Assembly: GCF_947568905.1 (NCBI RefSeq)
Contig: NC_079173.1
Location: 36,208,001-36,272,000, forward strand
DNA from: Ostrea edulis
Lineage: Eukaryota
DNA: 64,000 nucleotides
Reading direction: 5' to 3'
The notes under the pieces were generated by a model. The model did not search any database. It was not told where the DNA came from and saw only the letters and a program-made list of their open reading frames with translations. Positions 12,508-25,319 of this stretch are shown here, piece by piece (position 1 is the stretch's first letter; each line of letters starts with the position of its first letter). The translations under genes were made by a program, and so were the position numbers.

Positions 12508-12562
12508 TTTCTCCCGACGAGTGAGGGGAAACCATCCCCTCACGAAACAGCCTGTAGAGAAA
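12508..12562 (+). ncRNA. Type I hammerhead ribozyme with variant core in the PLE 3' region
   Basis: tttctc-CCGACGA-gtgagggga(aacca)tcccctcac-GAAA-cagcctg-TA-gagaaa: 6-bp stem I, 9-bp stem II, near-palindromic stem III ACAG-C-CTGT, GUA triplet (cut after 12556); U4 replaced by C. Confidence 0.78.
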
Positions 12563-12657
12563 TAAATGTTATGTGATTGAACTCCATCTGATCGTCAATT
12601 TATGTAGCTCCGTGAGGCCACGTCGAGCACTCTAGAAGATTATATCGGAGATTTATC

Positions 12658-12705
<48 letters not shown>

Positions 12706-12788
12706 CCGAAATTTGCAGCACTTTGTTTTTATGACAGTTTTTGAATTAGCTGTGCTGTTTTTTTTCCCCTGTTAATATAGTGGATCAG

Positions 12789-12851
<63 letters not shown>

Positions 12852-14117
12852 CTTTTTGAATTAGTTGTGTTATGTTTTTTATCTGTTGATACAGTGGCTC
12901 AGTAATATACCTATTGTGGTATACAATCACACAAAATCACGGAGGTAACGAGACATCCACCATGTGAAATATCCGTCCTCTTTTTTATTTCGCAATCAAA
13001 TATTTCTGTTGTTGGTCAATACACAGGTCACTCGATTTATAAACGCAACACGGTCATAAAGTTCACATGTACCGGGTAAATTCAATTCAATGCTTAGATA
13101 CGGCCTACCTCCCTATCTGTTGTTTACACGCAGAGGGCCAATAAAAAAAGAATTTATTTCTCAATCACATTGAATTAGGAGGCTCAAAACTCAAAAAGGA
13201 AGTCATTGATATGAAATGTTAAAATCAGAAAATATATTTCTTGTCATATCAAATTTCATCATTTTGTTTGATTATAATCAACTTGGTAGAATTAAGTGGG
13301 TAAATTTCGAGATCGTGTGTTCGAATTTCATAAAGATGTTTTGTTTTTCTTTATGATTTTGATATATGCTGCAAATTTTTCAATATCACGTGTTTCTCTC
13401 ACACATCAATCATATTTCATTGTTGACAGTTTTTGTATCCAGTGTACCTTTAAACCTCTGGTATTAATCAATAATGTTAAAAGGTAAAACAATTATAAAC
13501 AACATATCAGGAATGGTGATAATTATGGAGAGGATCTTTCCAAAATCTGAAACGATCGCAATCTTCTGAATGTCTTGCTATTCTCATAGGAATTCTCTAA
13601 ACTCAATAGTCTTATCATTATCCTACTCCAAGGGGGAAAAAGTTTACAGATGCTTTATCAACAATCAACCTTAAACGTTTGCTGTAATTCCTTATACTGT
13701 AAAATCATTCATTTTCACGACTTTTAATTTTCGTGGTATGAGCTTATCGCGATTTCAAATTTACTACGTACAAGAGAAACTGAGTTACATTTATTTAAAG
13801 AATGACAAAATCAAGTCCGAAAAAATGTACTTGAAAGGCGGCGGAGCGAAACAAGAATGGGGCCATCACACTCCTCCCCTTCTTTAACCGAGAATGGTCA
13901 TATATTTGTATAAGGAGTCGACAATGATGGAGCAGTATTCCTCCATACAGAACAGTGATATCATAAATATTAAACTTGATCAGTGGAAAATAAATAAAAA
14001 ATAACTACATGTTCAGTTACATCATTTCTTACATTAATCATTTAAATCATTAACGCAGAATAACACACCTTGAACATATTACACGTACATACAGATATAT
14101 ATTTACACCTATATTTA

Positions 14118-14440
14118 CAGGGCTGTAAATTACATGGAGGCGGAGGAGGCAGCTGCCTCCTCCAACTTTTGAACCAAAAAAAAAATAAAATTTAAAGTTC
14201 ATTAGAATTTATGTTGTTTCCAATAACTAAGAACATGATACCTCCCTTAAAAAGCATTCCAAATCTTTCTTTTAGAATGAGTTAGTCAAGTAACATCTTA
14301 GAAGGCCCTAGAATCAAGGATTTTGCACGAAACGTGTTCAGTGTGCACAAAATGTGCTCAGCGTCTGGGGGCCTGGGCGGCCCCCAGACCCCCGCCTAAT
14401 TTCCTGCCTCCTCCAAATTGAAGGTTAATTTACGGCCCTG
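14118..14440. mobile_element. MITE (323 bp)
   Basis: TIRs cagggctgtaaatta / taatttacggccctg; flanking direct repeat attta at 14113-14117 and 14441-14445. Confidence 0.72.
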
Positions 14441-14981
14441 ATTTACACACGGTTTGTATTCACATACACATACAGGAATACAAGTAAACATAAGTATGTA
14501 TTAATAGTAGTCATTTACAAATACACAATGTATTTACATGTACACGGAGTATTTACATGTACACACCAGTAGTCATTGATTTACATGGACTTATGGATAC
14601 CGTATGGACATAATTTTTAACGAGGATTAAATTTGGGCATGATTAACGAATAAAAATTGAATATCGCTAATATTCATTCTATATCGAAGGTAATAGCTAT
14701 CTTTCTTGGAATTATGAAAATTTGCTAAAACTAGCTCTTGCTTAAAATCATATATACCCATAATTTATGGACAAACCGTTAAATGTGTCCCATTATTCAA
14801 TATTATAGCTACATTCATTTGATGCTTTAGTATGTTAATGTTTTTCATAGATTCTAAACAAGGGCATAAGACAATATATTTGTCCCTAATATATTAACCA
14901 GATGAATGATGCAGTAGTATTAAGATAAAAGAGTACATAGTTATGTTGTATGTATCATAATATCACCACGAATCACGTGGT

Positions 14982-15316
14982 TCATTTAAAATCACTCATG
15001 CGCATCCTCCTGTGCTCTTTATATGCAGTGCTTACGACTACGGCAAGTTCCCACCTGTTGATTCCGCGTAATACATTCAGAAGCTGTTCAACCATTTTCT
15101 TCGTTGCCTTCCGACCGCGCCACGACCATAGCATGTGATAATTCTGAACAACGATTGGTTCTCTCAGCCCGTCTACCTCACTGGTCACGTGGGTTTTGAT
15201 GCTGTGGATAACAGACTTCTGAACACCCAGTTTAAGCGCTATCTGTTCTATGGTGTGTTGATTCACGAAGGAGCTGAAGGTCAGGAGACTAGCGTGACTG
15301 AGCACCGATACATCCT
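14982..15316 (-). CDS. Terminal exon encoding a C-terminal death-domain-like fold
   Basis: Acceptor ttttcattttccag; ...IEQIALKLGVQKSVIHSIK...QNYHMLWSWRGR...VEQLLNVLRGINRWELAVVV matches death-domain helical spacing (LG..I..I, ML..W, L...L..I.R.EL). Confidence 0.7.
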
Positions 15317-15954
15317 CTGGAAAATGAAAAACAAGAAATCAAAGGACTGTAATGATCACATTGAGTCAACTTAACCTTGCATGGAAACAATTTCTCATAA
15401 AGAGTTCATTCTTTTCTGTGGACCAGTACATAGCAATAGCGATGGTTAGAGATCTGAAAATGCAAAACATTGAAAACGTGAACTGTATTTAGCATTATTC
15501 TACCCCAATATCAAACCATTTGGCCTTTGTTGTACATGTGCGTCTACTCAGGCCATGTTTCAAAGATACCACAGTGACTATGTGACGATATCATCCTATA
15601 ATCAGTAGATGCTTGAGCACGTATAACATCTTAAAAGCAAAATATTTTAAATGTTACTTAAAACGTTCTACGGTTGATGATTGGAGGAGGGGGTACGTTG
15701 GTGGCATTTTGAAGTTTAACATACCAAAGCCACTTATATATTATTACATCACCACTGTAATATGATCGATACATACTCCGTTTATCACCTCTGTTTTCTG
15801 ATTGAGTTTACGCAGTAAAGAAACAATACACTATGAGCTATTCTGGGAATAATTTCCATCTTAACTTTATAAATGTAGACATGTGTTTGCTTTTATCTAT
15901 CATAAGCAAACTTATGGAAAGATAAATTTTGAACACTTTTTACGAGTATTGGGT

Positions 15955-17727
15955 GCATCAATTAGGTTTATACAGAACATCAATTAGGTTTTTACAGAAC
16001 ATCAATTAGGTTTATACAGAACATCAATTAGGTTTATACAGAACATCAATTAGGTTTATACAGAACATCAATTAGGTTTATACAGAACATCAATTAGATT
16101 TATACAGAATATCAATCAGGTTTAAACAGAACATCAATTAGGTTTTTACAGAAGATCAATTAGGTTTATACAGAACATCAATTAGGTTTTTACAGAACAT
16201 CAATTAGGCTTATACAGAACATCAATTAGGTTTTTACAGAACATCAATTAGGTTTATACAGAACATCAATTAGTTTTAAACAGAACATATCAATTAGGTT
16301 TTCACAGAACATCAATAAGGTTTATACAGAATATCAATCAGGTTTAAACAGAACATTAATTAGGTTTTTACAGAACATTAATTAAGTTTATACAGAATAT
16401 CAATCAGGTTTAAACAGAACATCAATTAGGTTTATACAGAACATCAATTAGGTTTATACAGAACATCAATTAGTTTTAAACAGAACATCAATTAGGTTTA
16501 TACAGAACATGAATTAGGTTTTTACAGAACATCAATTAGGTTTATACAGAACATCAATTAGGTTTTTACAGAACATCAATTAGGTTTATACAGAATATCA
16601 ATCAGGTTTATACAGAACATCAATTAGGTTTATACAGAACATCAATTAGGTTTATACAGAACATCAATTAGGCTTATACAGAACATCAATTAGGTTTTTA
16701 CAGAACATCAATTAGGTTTATACAGAACATCAATTAGTTTTAAACAGAACATATCAATTAGGTTTTTACAGAACATCAATTAGGTTTATACAGAATATAA
16801 ATCAGGTTTAAACAGAACATTAATTAGGTTTTTACAGAACATCAATTAAGTTTATACAGAATATCAATCAGGTTTAAACAGAACATCAATTAGGTTTATA
16901 CAGAACATCAATTAGATTTATACAGAACATCAATTAGTTTTAAACAGAACATCAATTAGGTTTATACAGAACATCAATTAGGTTTTTACAGAACATCAAT
17001 TAGGTTTATACAGAACATCAATTAGGTTTATACAGAACATCAATTAGGTTTATACAGAACATCAATTAGGTTTATACAGAACATCAATTAGGTTTATACA
17101 GAATATCAATCAGGTTTATACAGAACATCAATTAGGTTTATACAGAACATCAATTAGGTTTATACAGAACATCAATTAGGTTTATACAGAACATAAATTA
17201 GTTTTAAACAGAACATCAATTAGTTTTATACAGAACATCAATTAGGTTTTTACAGAACATCAATTAGGTTTATACAGAACATCAATTAGGTTTTTAGAGA
17301 ACATCAATTAGGTTTATACAGAACATCAACTAGGTTTATACAGAACATCAATTAGGTTTATACAGAACATCAATTAGTTTTAAACAGAACATCAATTAGT
17401 TTTATATAGAACATCAATTAGGTTTTTACAGAACATCAATTAGGTTTATACAGAACATCAATTAGGTTTATACAGAACATCAATTAGGTTTTTACAGAAC
17501 ATCAATTAGGTTTATACAGAATATCAATCAGGTTTATACAGAACATCAATTAGGTTTATACAGAACATCAATTAGGTTTATACAGAACATCAATTAGGTT
17601 TTTAAGGAACATCAATTAGGTTTATAGAGAACATCAATTAGGTTTTTACAGAAGATCAATTAGGTTTATACAGAACATCAATTAGGTTTTTAGAGAACAT
17701 CAATTAGGTTTATACAGAACATCAATT
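15955..17727. repeat. Satellite, 21-bp unit catcaattaggtttatacagaa, about 84 copies
   Basis: Direct inspection; shared variants define a 464-bp higher-order duplication. Confidence 0.97.
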
Positions 17728-18697
17728 ACGTTTCAGACCAAAACATTCTTGAGAAACTGCTTTACATAATATTGACAAATGGTAGATGTCTCCGTCTGAA
17801 TCTTTTATATATCGAGAAATTATTCTTCTGTTTAAAGTTTTACATCGTATGACACCAGAGTATTGGAATATTTTTAGATTTGTGAATGAGGTAAACACAA
17901 GCAATACAAGATAGAGCTTTAATAATTTTATGTTTGTGACAAGAGCCAAAACAGAATATTTTAGATTTTTTATCATTTCAGCAGCACATTTAGGGAACTC
18001 AATACCAGATTTTATTAGAAAACGCACAGCTACGATTTCTCTAACATTGTAAATCAGTCCATCTCAAACATTTTGATTCTCAATAATACCCATGTGTTTA
18101 TGGTCTCTTTTAGGTGCACTACATCGTCGGAAATCCACGGTAGGTCGCATTTCTTTTACCTCCCGTGTGACACAACGCCGATATTTTGGTAGGAAGGTGT
18201 GTCTCGGCTTCTTTATACAATTAGTCGCTTTACCATTCCTTTTTGCGATATTCAACCAATGAAAACGCCCCCTATTTCCAGTGTTTGAGGGCATAGTAAA
18301 ACATGGCGTTCAAAGCAAAAATTCAAACAAGTTACAAGTTACAGTGAGATGCTTTACAACTTCTTTGTCAGTTTGTTTTGAAATCAATTTTATTCAAAAT
18401 ATAAACATACATGTATCTAACAACTTATTTCTTTATTCCTTCATCTGCTTCACTTTCGGGAACTTTGACTCATTGAATTTGCATACCCGATTTAATTTAT
18501 TCGCAAAAAAAACTGCATGCAAATGATGCGTCTGTTGGGTGAATGTTGAGGCACTCTAGAGCATAGCTGTACTGTTCAAGTGAAGTTTTTGATGACCGAG
18601 CCCTGTAACCCCGACCTTTGATATCAATGGCACAACAAAACACACTTTCATGGGTGCCGCCATTACTGTTGACGCTTACAGTTCTGGGAATACTTAC

Positions 18698-19037
18698 GGC
18701 GATTCCCATTGGTCCTCGATGGATCAGATATGGTCATGCATTTAATGAGTTATGCGAAAATATCGGCGTTGTGTCCCAAGGGAGGTAAAAGAAGTGCAAC
18801 CGACCATGGGTTTCCGACGATGAGGCAGTGCTTGTCTGTATGTAAATTAATTGTGATATTTTCATGTTTAATGATATTTATATAATATGTTCTCGATATG
18901 TATATATGTTAAAGACAGGGCCACTACGAAAGCTCAGGAAGCGAACAAGAGTCGACTGATCTGCAAGATGTTTGGGGTGATTTTCTTTTGATTTTTTTGC
19001 GGGTAAACTGGTATCTAAAGATATTATTGTTTAAGCA

Positions 19038-19103
<66 letters not shown>

Positions 19104-20281
19104 TATTATCAAGCACTCAGCTGTCTGTGTACCCCTGTTACGTCACTGTCTACATCCGCATGTCCTTGTCTAGCGTCGCTGATGCGTGTAAATTTCAGAA
19201 ACATTGAACACATGAATTGAAGTGATAGCACAAGGCATTTAATAACATTTAGATGTGATCTGCCTACGCTTTTGTTGCATCGAAGAAACACACCGATGGA
19301 TGCACATTCCCCCCTAACATAAAGACTCTAAAATGAGAGAATCCAGGCTTATCTGGTGACATCTCCACGTGAGTGAACAATTCTGGAATGGGACATAAAA
19401 GAAAGATATAATACTAAAACCCGAAACAACAACAATAACAAAACCCTACAATACCGCTCTGTAAATATAAATATATCAACCTCAGTCCACTTAATCACGC
19501 AACGACCTCGGGAGGGTATATTTCCCCATGTTAAGTCAATGACCTATAAATATTTAATTACTTCCCATAACTGAATTATATGTACACGTGTATTTGTATT
19601 TGCAACGAATAAGTTAATTGCCTGGTTACATAAGACAGGTAGTGTGGATTAATTAGATATCTACAATATAAAGCCCCTAAATTTTATCTCTCTACACCCT
19701 TCGTATTTCAGAGTCACAATAACTTCATATTATCAGTAACACCGCAGGAGTCAATTCTGACTTACAAAGCCTGGATTGGTTTCTTTCCTATTGATAACCG
19801 AGGTACCCATTTAAATGACTGTCACGTTACGATTCTCAATTAAACAGAAATAAATAATAGTGTTTGATTTCATTATGATGTTCTTTAACTGGATGCACTG
19901 TAAGTTTAAAATCTGAGTCCATAGAGTTAAGTATCCTTGCTAATATATCTACTACTAGTATATTATATTATATGTAAAAATTCGTAATTTGAAAACTTGA
20001 TTTATTCATTCATTTATTGACAGAGAGAGGGGGGAGACAGCCTGGTAATTTAAAAAGTGAAGAAATTCCAATCATTTGCACTGCGTAGCAAGGATACAAG
20101 TCCATGATGACAAAATTTCGTTCATACCATTACGTCCCCCTTAAACGTTACCCATAGAATATGAAAGTATTTAAGGTTTAGATACAAAATATAAGATTAG
20201 TGGGAACAAGTGATATGAGGACATATCCCCCGGTAACACAGAAACAGGTTTCTTCGGCTAGAGAGAGAAAGAAAGAGAGGA

Positions 20282-20345
<64 letters not shown>

Positions 20346-20512
20346 TTTTCTAGCACTCTTGATTCTGGTCGACGTGACACTCTGGGGCCGAACTCCGCAT
20401 AATTTTGTATTCATCACTGATCTAGCACGAGTCCTGGACGACTCCGCCTCATCATGTCCTCGATCCGCCTCATCATGTCCTCGATCCGCCTCTGTATTAG
20501 CACCATCCGCAA
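18698..20512 (-). pseudogene. Candidate upstream exons of the death-domain gene (20512-20345, 19014-18928, 18835-18698); the last has an in-frame TAA
   Basis: All three have AG/GT ends, lengths of 168, 87 and 138 nt (multiples of 3) and phase 1, matching the death-domain exon; TAA at 18752-18750. Another possible exon ends at donor 21392. A candidate exon at 15453-15376 does not fit the phase. Confidence 0.45.
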
Positions 20513-22074
20513 CTGACATTATCAGAAAGTTTAGAATCAATCATTCAGTGCACCATAGCCTCAAGGAACACTTTGTTTTAGATTAGACACGTTTGTTGTG
20601 CGTTAACCCATCATTTCGTTGTTATAAGATCGCAGTTCATTTCATGAAATAATCGTCTTACAATAAAAAAAAAAGTATTATCCAATGTTTTGGCTGCCAT
20701 TAAATACACAGATTTAACCTTAACATGCAATTGATATTGAAAACCATGTACGTCAAGTTTACATACTTACTGTAAATCCGCTTTGGGAAATTCTCCAATA
20801 TCTGTTTACGTGTCGGGTTCATGTACCTGGACAGGATTTTAAGTCTTCTTAACGTTGAGCCCGATTATTATTTCTAATGAGAATTGATTAATTAAAGTGT
20901 GCATATAAATGCAAAGTATTAGCTTTACATGTGTATGTTTTTAGTACAGAGACCTAGGCGTTTAAATGGCCACGATAAATAACCGTTTAGTGCGTGTACT
21001 GTATAAATGAGCATTTTCATAGCTTTATAATTCTACCTAATAGTGCACCCATTAAAAGTCATTATAAAGTAGATGGACAATCTTATAGGTAAGTTTGCAA
21101 ACACGATGTTTTTGATTATATATATATTTGTACGACAATTTCTAAGTGGCGCCGTTTTGGGATTACAACCATCAGGTGGAATAAGTTTTCCAGGTTTTTA
21201 ATTGATTAACTGTCGGGTAATATTACTTTTTAATATACCGAAAAATGCTACATTCTATTTGTAAATTTGAAGACAATTTCCCCCAGAAATGTCAGAGACG
21301 AAATAGAGCTAACTGCAAAGCTAATCCCCACTGGAGCGTATTCAATCTTCTCTCCCAGTCCGTAATACGTGGACGAACATATTATGTACACCTGTGATAT
21401 CACTGACCACGTCCAACTGACCTTCCATCTGGGTCATGTCACGCCGTCTGCTCATGATCAACTTTACGTTACGTATGAACTGCAATCCATTGTATTTACA
21501 TTTCCAGTGTTTTTGGCCTTTGATATCGTTACCAATTGTAATGATAGCCATTTCCTCATGAATGCGGTGCAGTTGTAAACAATGCGCGTATGGATCGTGA
21601 TATAGTGCGTCTATTTTAACGGCTGGGAATTCTATCAGAATGAAATAGAACGTAAATTAAAAAGAATTCATTTAAGAGCGTTCGATTGATGACCGGGAGG
21701 TCCTGCTCGTCCATACTGTGGTCGTGTCCTATCTATAACGTACAAATAAGCACTGTTCTTTATGGAACTGTCACTACCCGTTTTAACGACTTACGTCCGC
21801 ATGCGGGGCGAACGCTCTAACCTCTCGGCCACGGCGGCGGTACTTAGACGAAGCTTTACATGTTTTTCAGTTATCTTTTCGTCAAGATCTCGACGCCATT
21901 TTTTACTTTCTCTTCATATGTTTTAACCAAACTTGCATCTGAAACAAGGAATATCATTGGCTGATTTCATTTTAGTGTATTGCGTTATCCTCCGTCCTGA
22001 ATAGCCAACACCTTCCACTGTTGCACCCCCTCTTCACCCCAGCTAGGAGTCAGTGTGTAAGAATACAAAATTGT

Positions 22075-22520
22075 TCTGTCTTGTTAATTCGTATGACATC
22101 TCTGAGAATTCTTCCCTCGGATTGAAACATCACCAGCTTCAAGTGAAATGTCACAGATTCACATGTAGACCTATGCACGGCGCCGAGAGCCATAGCAGTG
22201 AGGGATCACTATCGTAACACTGTGAGGGTCTCATCCGAAAGACCCGGAACTATCATATTTAAATGCCGAACGTTTGGCGAAATCGCCAAACGCTCGTCAT
22301 CAGGTGTGAATGTCACGGGTCCTCGGAGATGACCTTAAAAACGGATGACCCGTGTCAGAGTAGGTGTGGCACGCTAAAGAACCCTCACTGTTCAATGGCT
22401 GTAAGCGCCGAGTATAGGCCTAAATTTGAAGCCCTTCACCGGTCTTGGTGATGTCTCCATATGAGTGAAAATTTTTCGAGTGAGACGTTAAGCAAGATAC
22501 AATCAATCAATCAATCAATC
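22075..22520. mobile_element. Two SINE bodies joined head-to-head at a short palindrome
   Basis: Centre cgtttggcga-aa-tcgccaaacg (22271-22292); left arm on -, right arm on + ending in (CAAT)n. Confidence 0.65.
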
Positions 22521-23062
22521 CTTCAACGAAAATGAATTTCCGAAAATCAATCGACGGTATCTGTCGATTGGCCACAAATTCTGCACCATGTTGCTATGCA
22601 TTTTATGTTTGTTTTCGGTCGATTATAAACATCGTTTTCTGATTGGCTACACGCTATTGGCTGCAACACCAATCTTATGTTCCGTCTTGAACTAATGTTT
22701 TGAATGGTGACTGATGTCAAGGGTTAGTGCGATGTAACGAATCAATAACCCTTGACTTATGGAGATGTGCAACAATATGAAAAAAACATCTCAGCTGATA
22801 AAAACTCGCAGTTTGTGCCCAAAGTGAATTCTTGATCTTATAAATGAAAACCAGACGCAATGTTTAAAAGAGGATTACTAGATAGTTTTTCGTATGATTT
22901 TCTTTATTAGAATAATTTCCTCCACTTAAGAAAAACACAGGAATCCAGGAGTCCCTCTGCATTTGTCTTGTCTCATTAGATAGTCACCAATTTTCGAAAC
23001 CTTACTTTTATCCTCAATTTCATATTTTCATTGTTTTTATACTGTCTATTTCAACAGACTGA

Positions 23063-23338
23063 TCCCTTGGAGACCCGGGTTAGAATAGTTCTTCAGTACC
23101 CCTAGCTTGTCGTAAGAGGCGACTAAATGGTGCGGTCCTTCGGATGAGACCGCAAAAACCGAGGTCCCGTGTCACAGCAGGTGTGGCACGATAAAGAATT
23201 ATCCCTCCCTGCTCAAAGACCGCAAGCGGCGAGCTTAGGCCTAAATTTTGCAGCCCTTCAGTGGCAATGGTGACGTCTCCATATGAGTGAAATATTCTCG
23301 AGAGGGACGTTAAACATATAAAATCAAATCAATCAATC
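23063..23338 (+). mobile_element. SINE-like repeat (central domain possibly Meta-type)
   Basis: gacccgggttagaatag...gtcgtaagaggcgac...cccgtgtcacagcaggtgtggcacg...gagggacgttaaa plus (CAAT)n tail; multiple copies in the window. Confidence 0.7.
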
Positions 23339-24167
23339 CAGTTCCATTTACTGTTCATCAAGATGTCTAAAAAGTACTGTTACAGTATATATTCTTGATG
23401 ATATGCTTTCGCCGCCTTCCGCATGCGGGGCGAACGCTCTAACCTATCGGCCACCGCGGCGGTTTCATTTGAGTTTCATTTGAGAATCAATAGCATTAAA
23501 GAAGATGCTATTTGAATGTACACATACTTAAAACATTATATACCGAGGCTGGTCCCACCCTGGAGTCAGAACCTCTACCCTGAGGGAAATAAATAAAAAT
23601 TTTGGTTGACATATTCCTGCTCTACATGGCTATGCATTTAGTTTTTCTTACAGATGTACGGTTGTAGAGATGAATGTTTTTGAAAATTTTCATATTTTGA
23701 CAGTTTGAGTCCAGTCCCAACGGATAGTAAGGACCCGGGGCTGCAGAGCCCTGAACTTTATGTTCCCATTGCCTCAAATACACTCCATACTGAATATGAA
23801 AGGAATTGGAATTAAAAGTAGTTATCAAAAAGTTAAAACTGTAAAATTGGTAATGGAAGACGACGGACGTAGACCATTAGCAATATGTCACCTGGGTGAT
23901 TTAGGTGACTTGATAACTTTAACTTTTATGTGCTAGTTGTTCAGGTGTAAAGAGCCGTGCAATTGATCATTTGTTACAGATATCCATACTCGTGATAATG
24001 CATACAGTATATACATGTAGAAGCCGTTAGGGAGTGAACAATATTAACGAGTCTTGTAACAGCTAAGAGTTAATTTTCTTTGCACTTCAGTGTCTGTTTC
24101 GGATTAATTAGTCCTGGTTTGTTTTGATTATTATTTTACACATAATATGTCCGTGGCCGGGATTTAC

Positions 24168-25263
24168 AAACAAGAGGCCCATGGGCCATATCGCTCACCT
24201 GAGCAGCAATAAAAAACGCTTGAGCAAAACTATCATTATACAAGCAGCTTGGTTCAGAAAAACAAACTTTTCAAAGGCCGATTAATAATTCATTAATTAT
24301 CAATTTTAATTATCAAACTTGACCACAAATTCATTAATCATAATATGCCCATGTAGACGGGCATGACCTTTCATACTAACAAATTTCATCTAAGGATGCT
24401 TTGTGCCAAGTTTGGTTTCCTATATATTCGCAAGTAAAACTTTGATCCCCAATTGTGGCCCTACTTTAACCCTAGGGGCCGTGATTTTTTACAAATTTAA
24501 TCTCCACTATGTCAGAAAGCTTTCATGTAAATTTATACTTTTTTGGCCTAGTGGTTTTTGAGAAGATTTTTAAATGACACCACCTTATTTTTGTGATTAT
24601 CTCCCCTTTGAATGGAGCATGTCACTTCATTTGAACAAACGTCGATCCCCTTTACCTAAGGATGATTTGTATCAAGTTGGAATGAAATTGGCCGAGTGGT
24701 TCTGGAAAAGAAGATTTACCTAGTATATATACACTGTATATCAGCAATGAGCATTTAAAACTTTGATCCCGTAATATGGCCCCACCCTACCTTTGGGGGG
24801 CCATGATCTGAAGAAATTTGAATCTATTCTATATCAGGAAGCTTTCAGGTAAATCTCCGCTCTTCAGGCTCAGTGGTTCTTCAGAAGATTTTTAAAGATT
24901 TTCTTTCTCTATTGTGGCCCCAACATACCTCCGGGGGTCATGATTTTAATAAACTTGAATCTCTACTATGTTAGAAAGCTCTCATGTAAATGTGGCCCAG
25001 TAGTTCTTGAGAAGATTTTTAAATGACCACCCCACACTATTTTTGCGATTACACCCCCTTTGAAGGTGACATGGCCCTTCATGTGAACAAACCTGAATCC
25101 CCTTCACACAAGAATACTTTGGGCCAAGTTTGGTTAAAATTGGCCAAATAGTTCTGGAGAAGAAGATGGAAATGCGAAAAGTTTATGACGCCGACTACGA
25201 CAGACAAAGTACAAATTTCGATTAGAAAAGCTCACATGAGCCTTTGGCTCAGGTGAGCTAAAA
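24168..25263 (+). mobile_element. Non-autonomous Helentron-like element with internal satellite-like repeats
   Basis: 5' aacaagaggcccatgggccatatcgctcacctgag; 3' palindrome agctcac...gagcctttggctc...gtgagct; internal degenerate repeats of about 160-170 bp. Confidence 0.78.
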
Positions 25264-25319
25264 CTACATTGTCGATTTTTTCAAATCAAGATATATGTAC
25301 ATGTAGCTAGATTAGTGAT

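Larger units (their letters stand above)
11494..12603. repeat. Perfect 1110-bp palindrome (555-bp arms, no spacer) made of a PLE 3' end
   Basis: Mirror coordinates sum to 24097 (ORFs 11667-12035 - and 12062-12430 + give identical proteins); centre ccgtgggcg|cgcccacgg at 12048/12049; (TA)n tracts lie at the left end and, after a 57-nt extension, on the right. Confidence 0.95.

Noticed and set aside
15955-17727. CRISPR-like regular array
   Set aside because: No unique spacers, eukaryotic context and no cas genes; it is a tandem satellite.
23063-23135. HDV-like ribozyme in the SINE 5' part (gtcgtaagaggcgactaa resembles P4-J4/2)
   Set aside because: I could not build P1, P2 and P1.1 in the required nested order.
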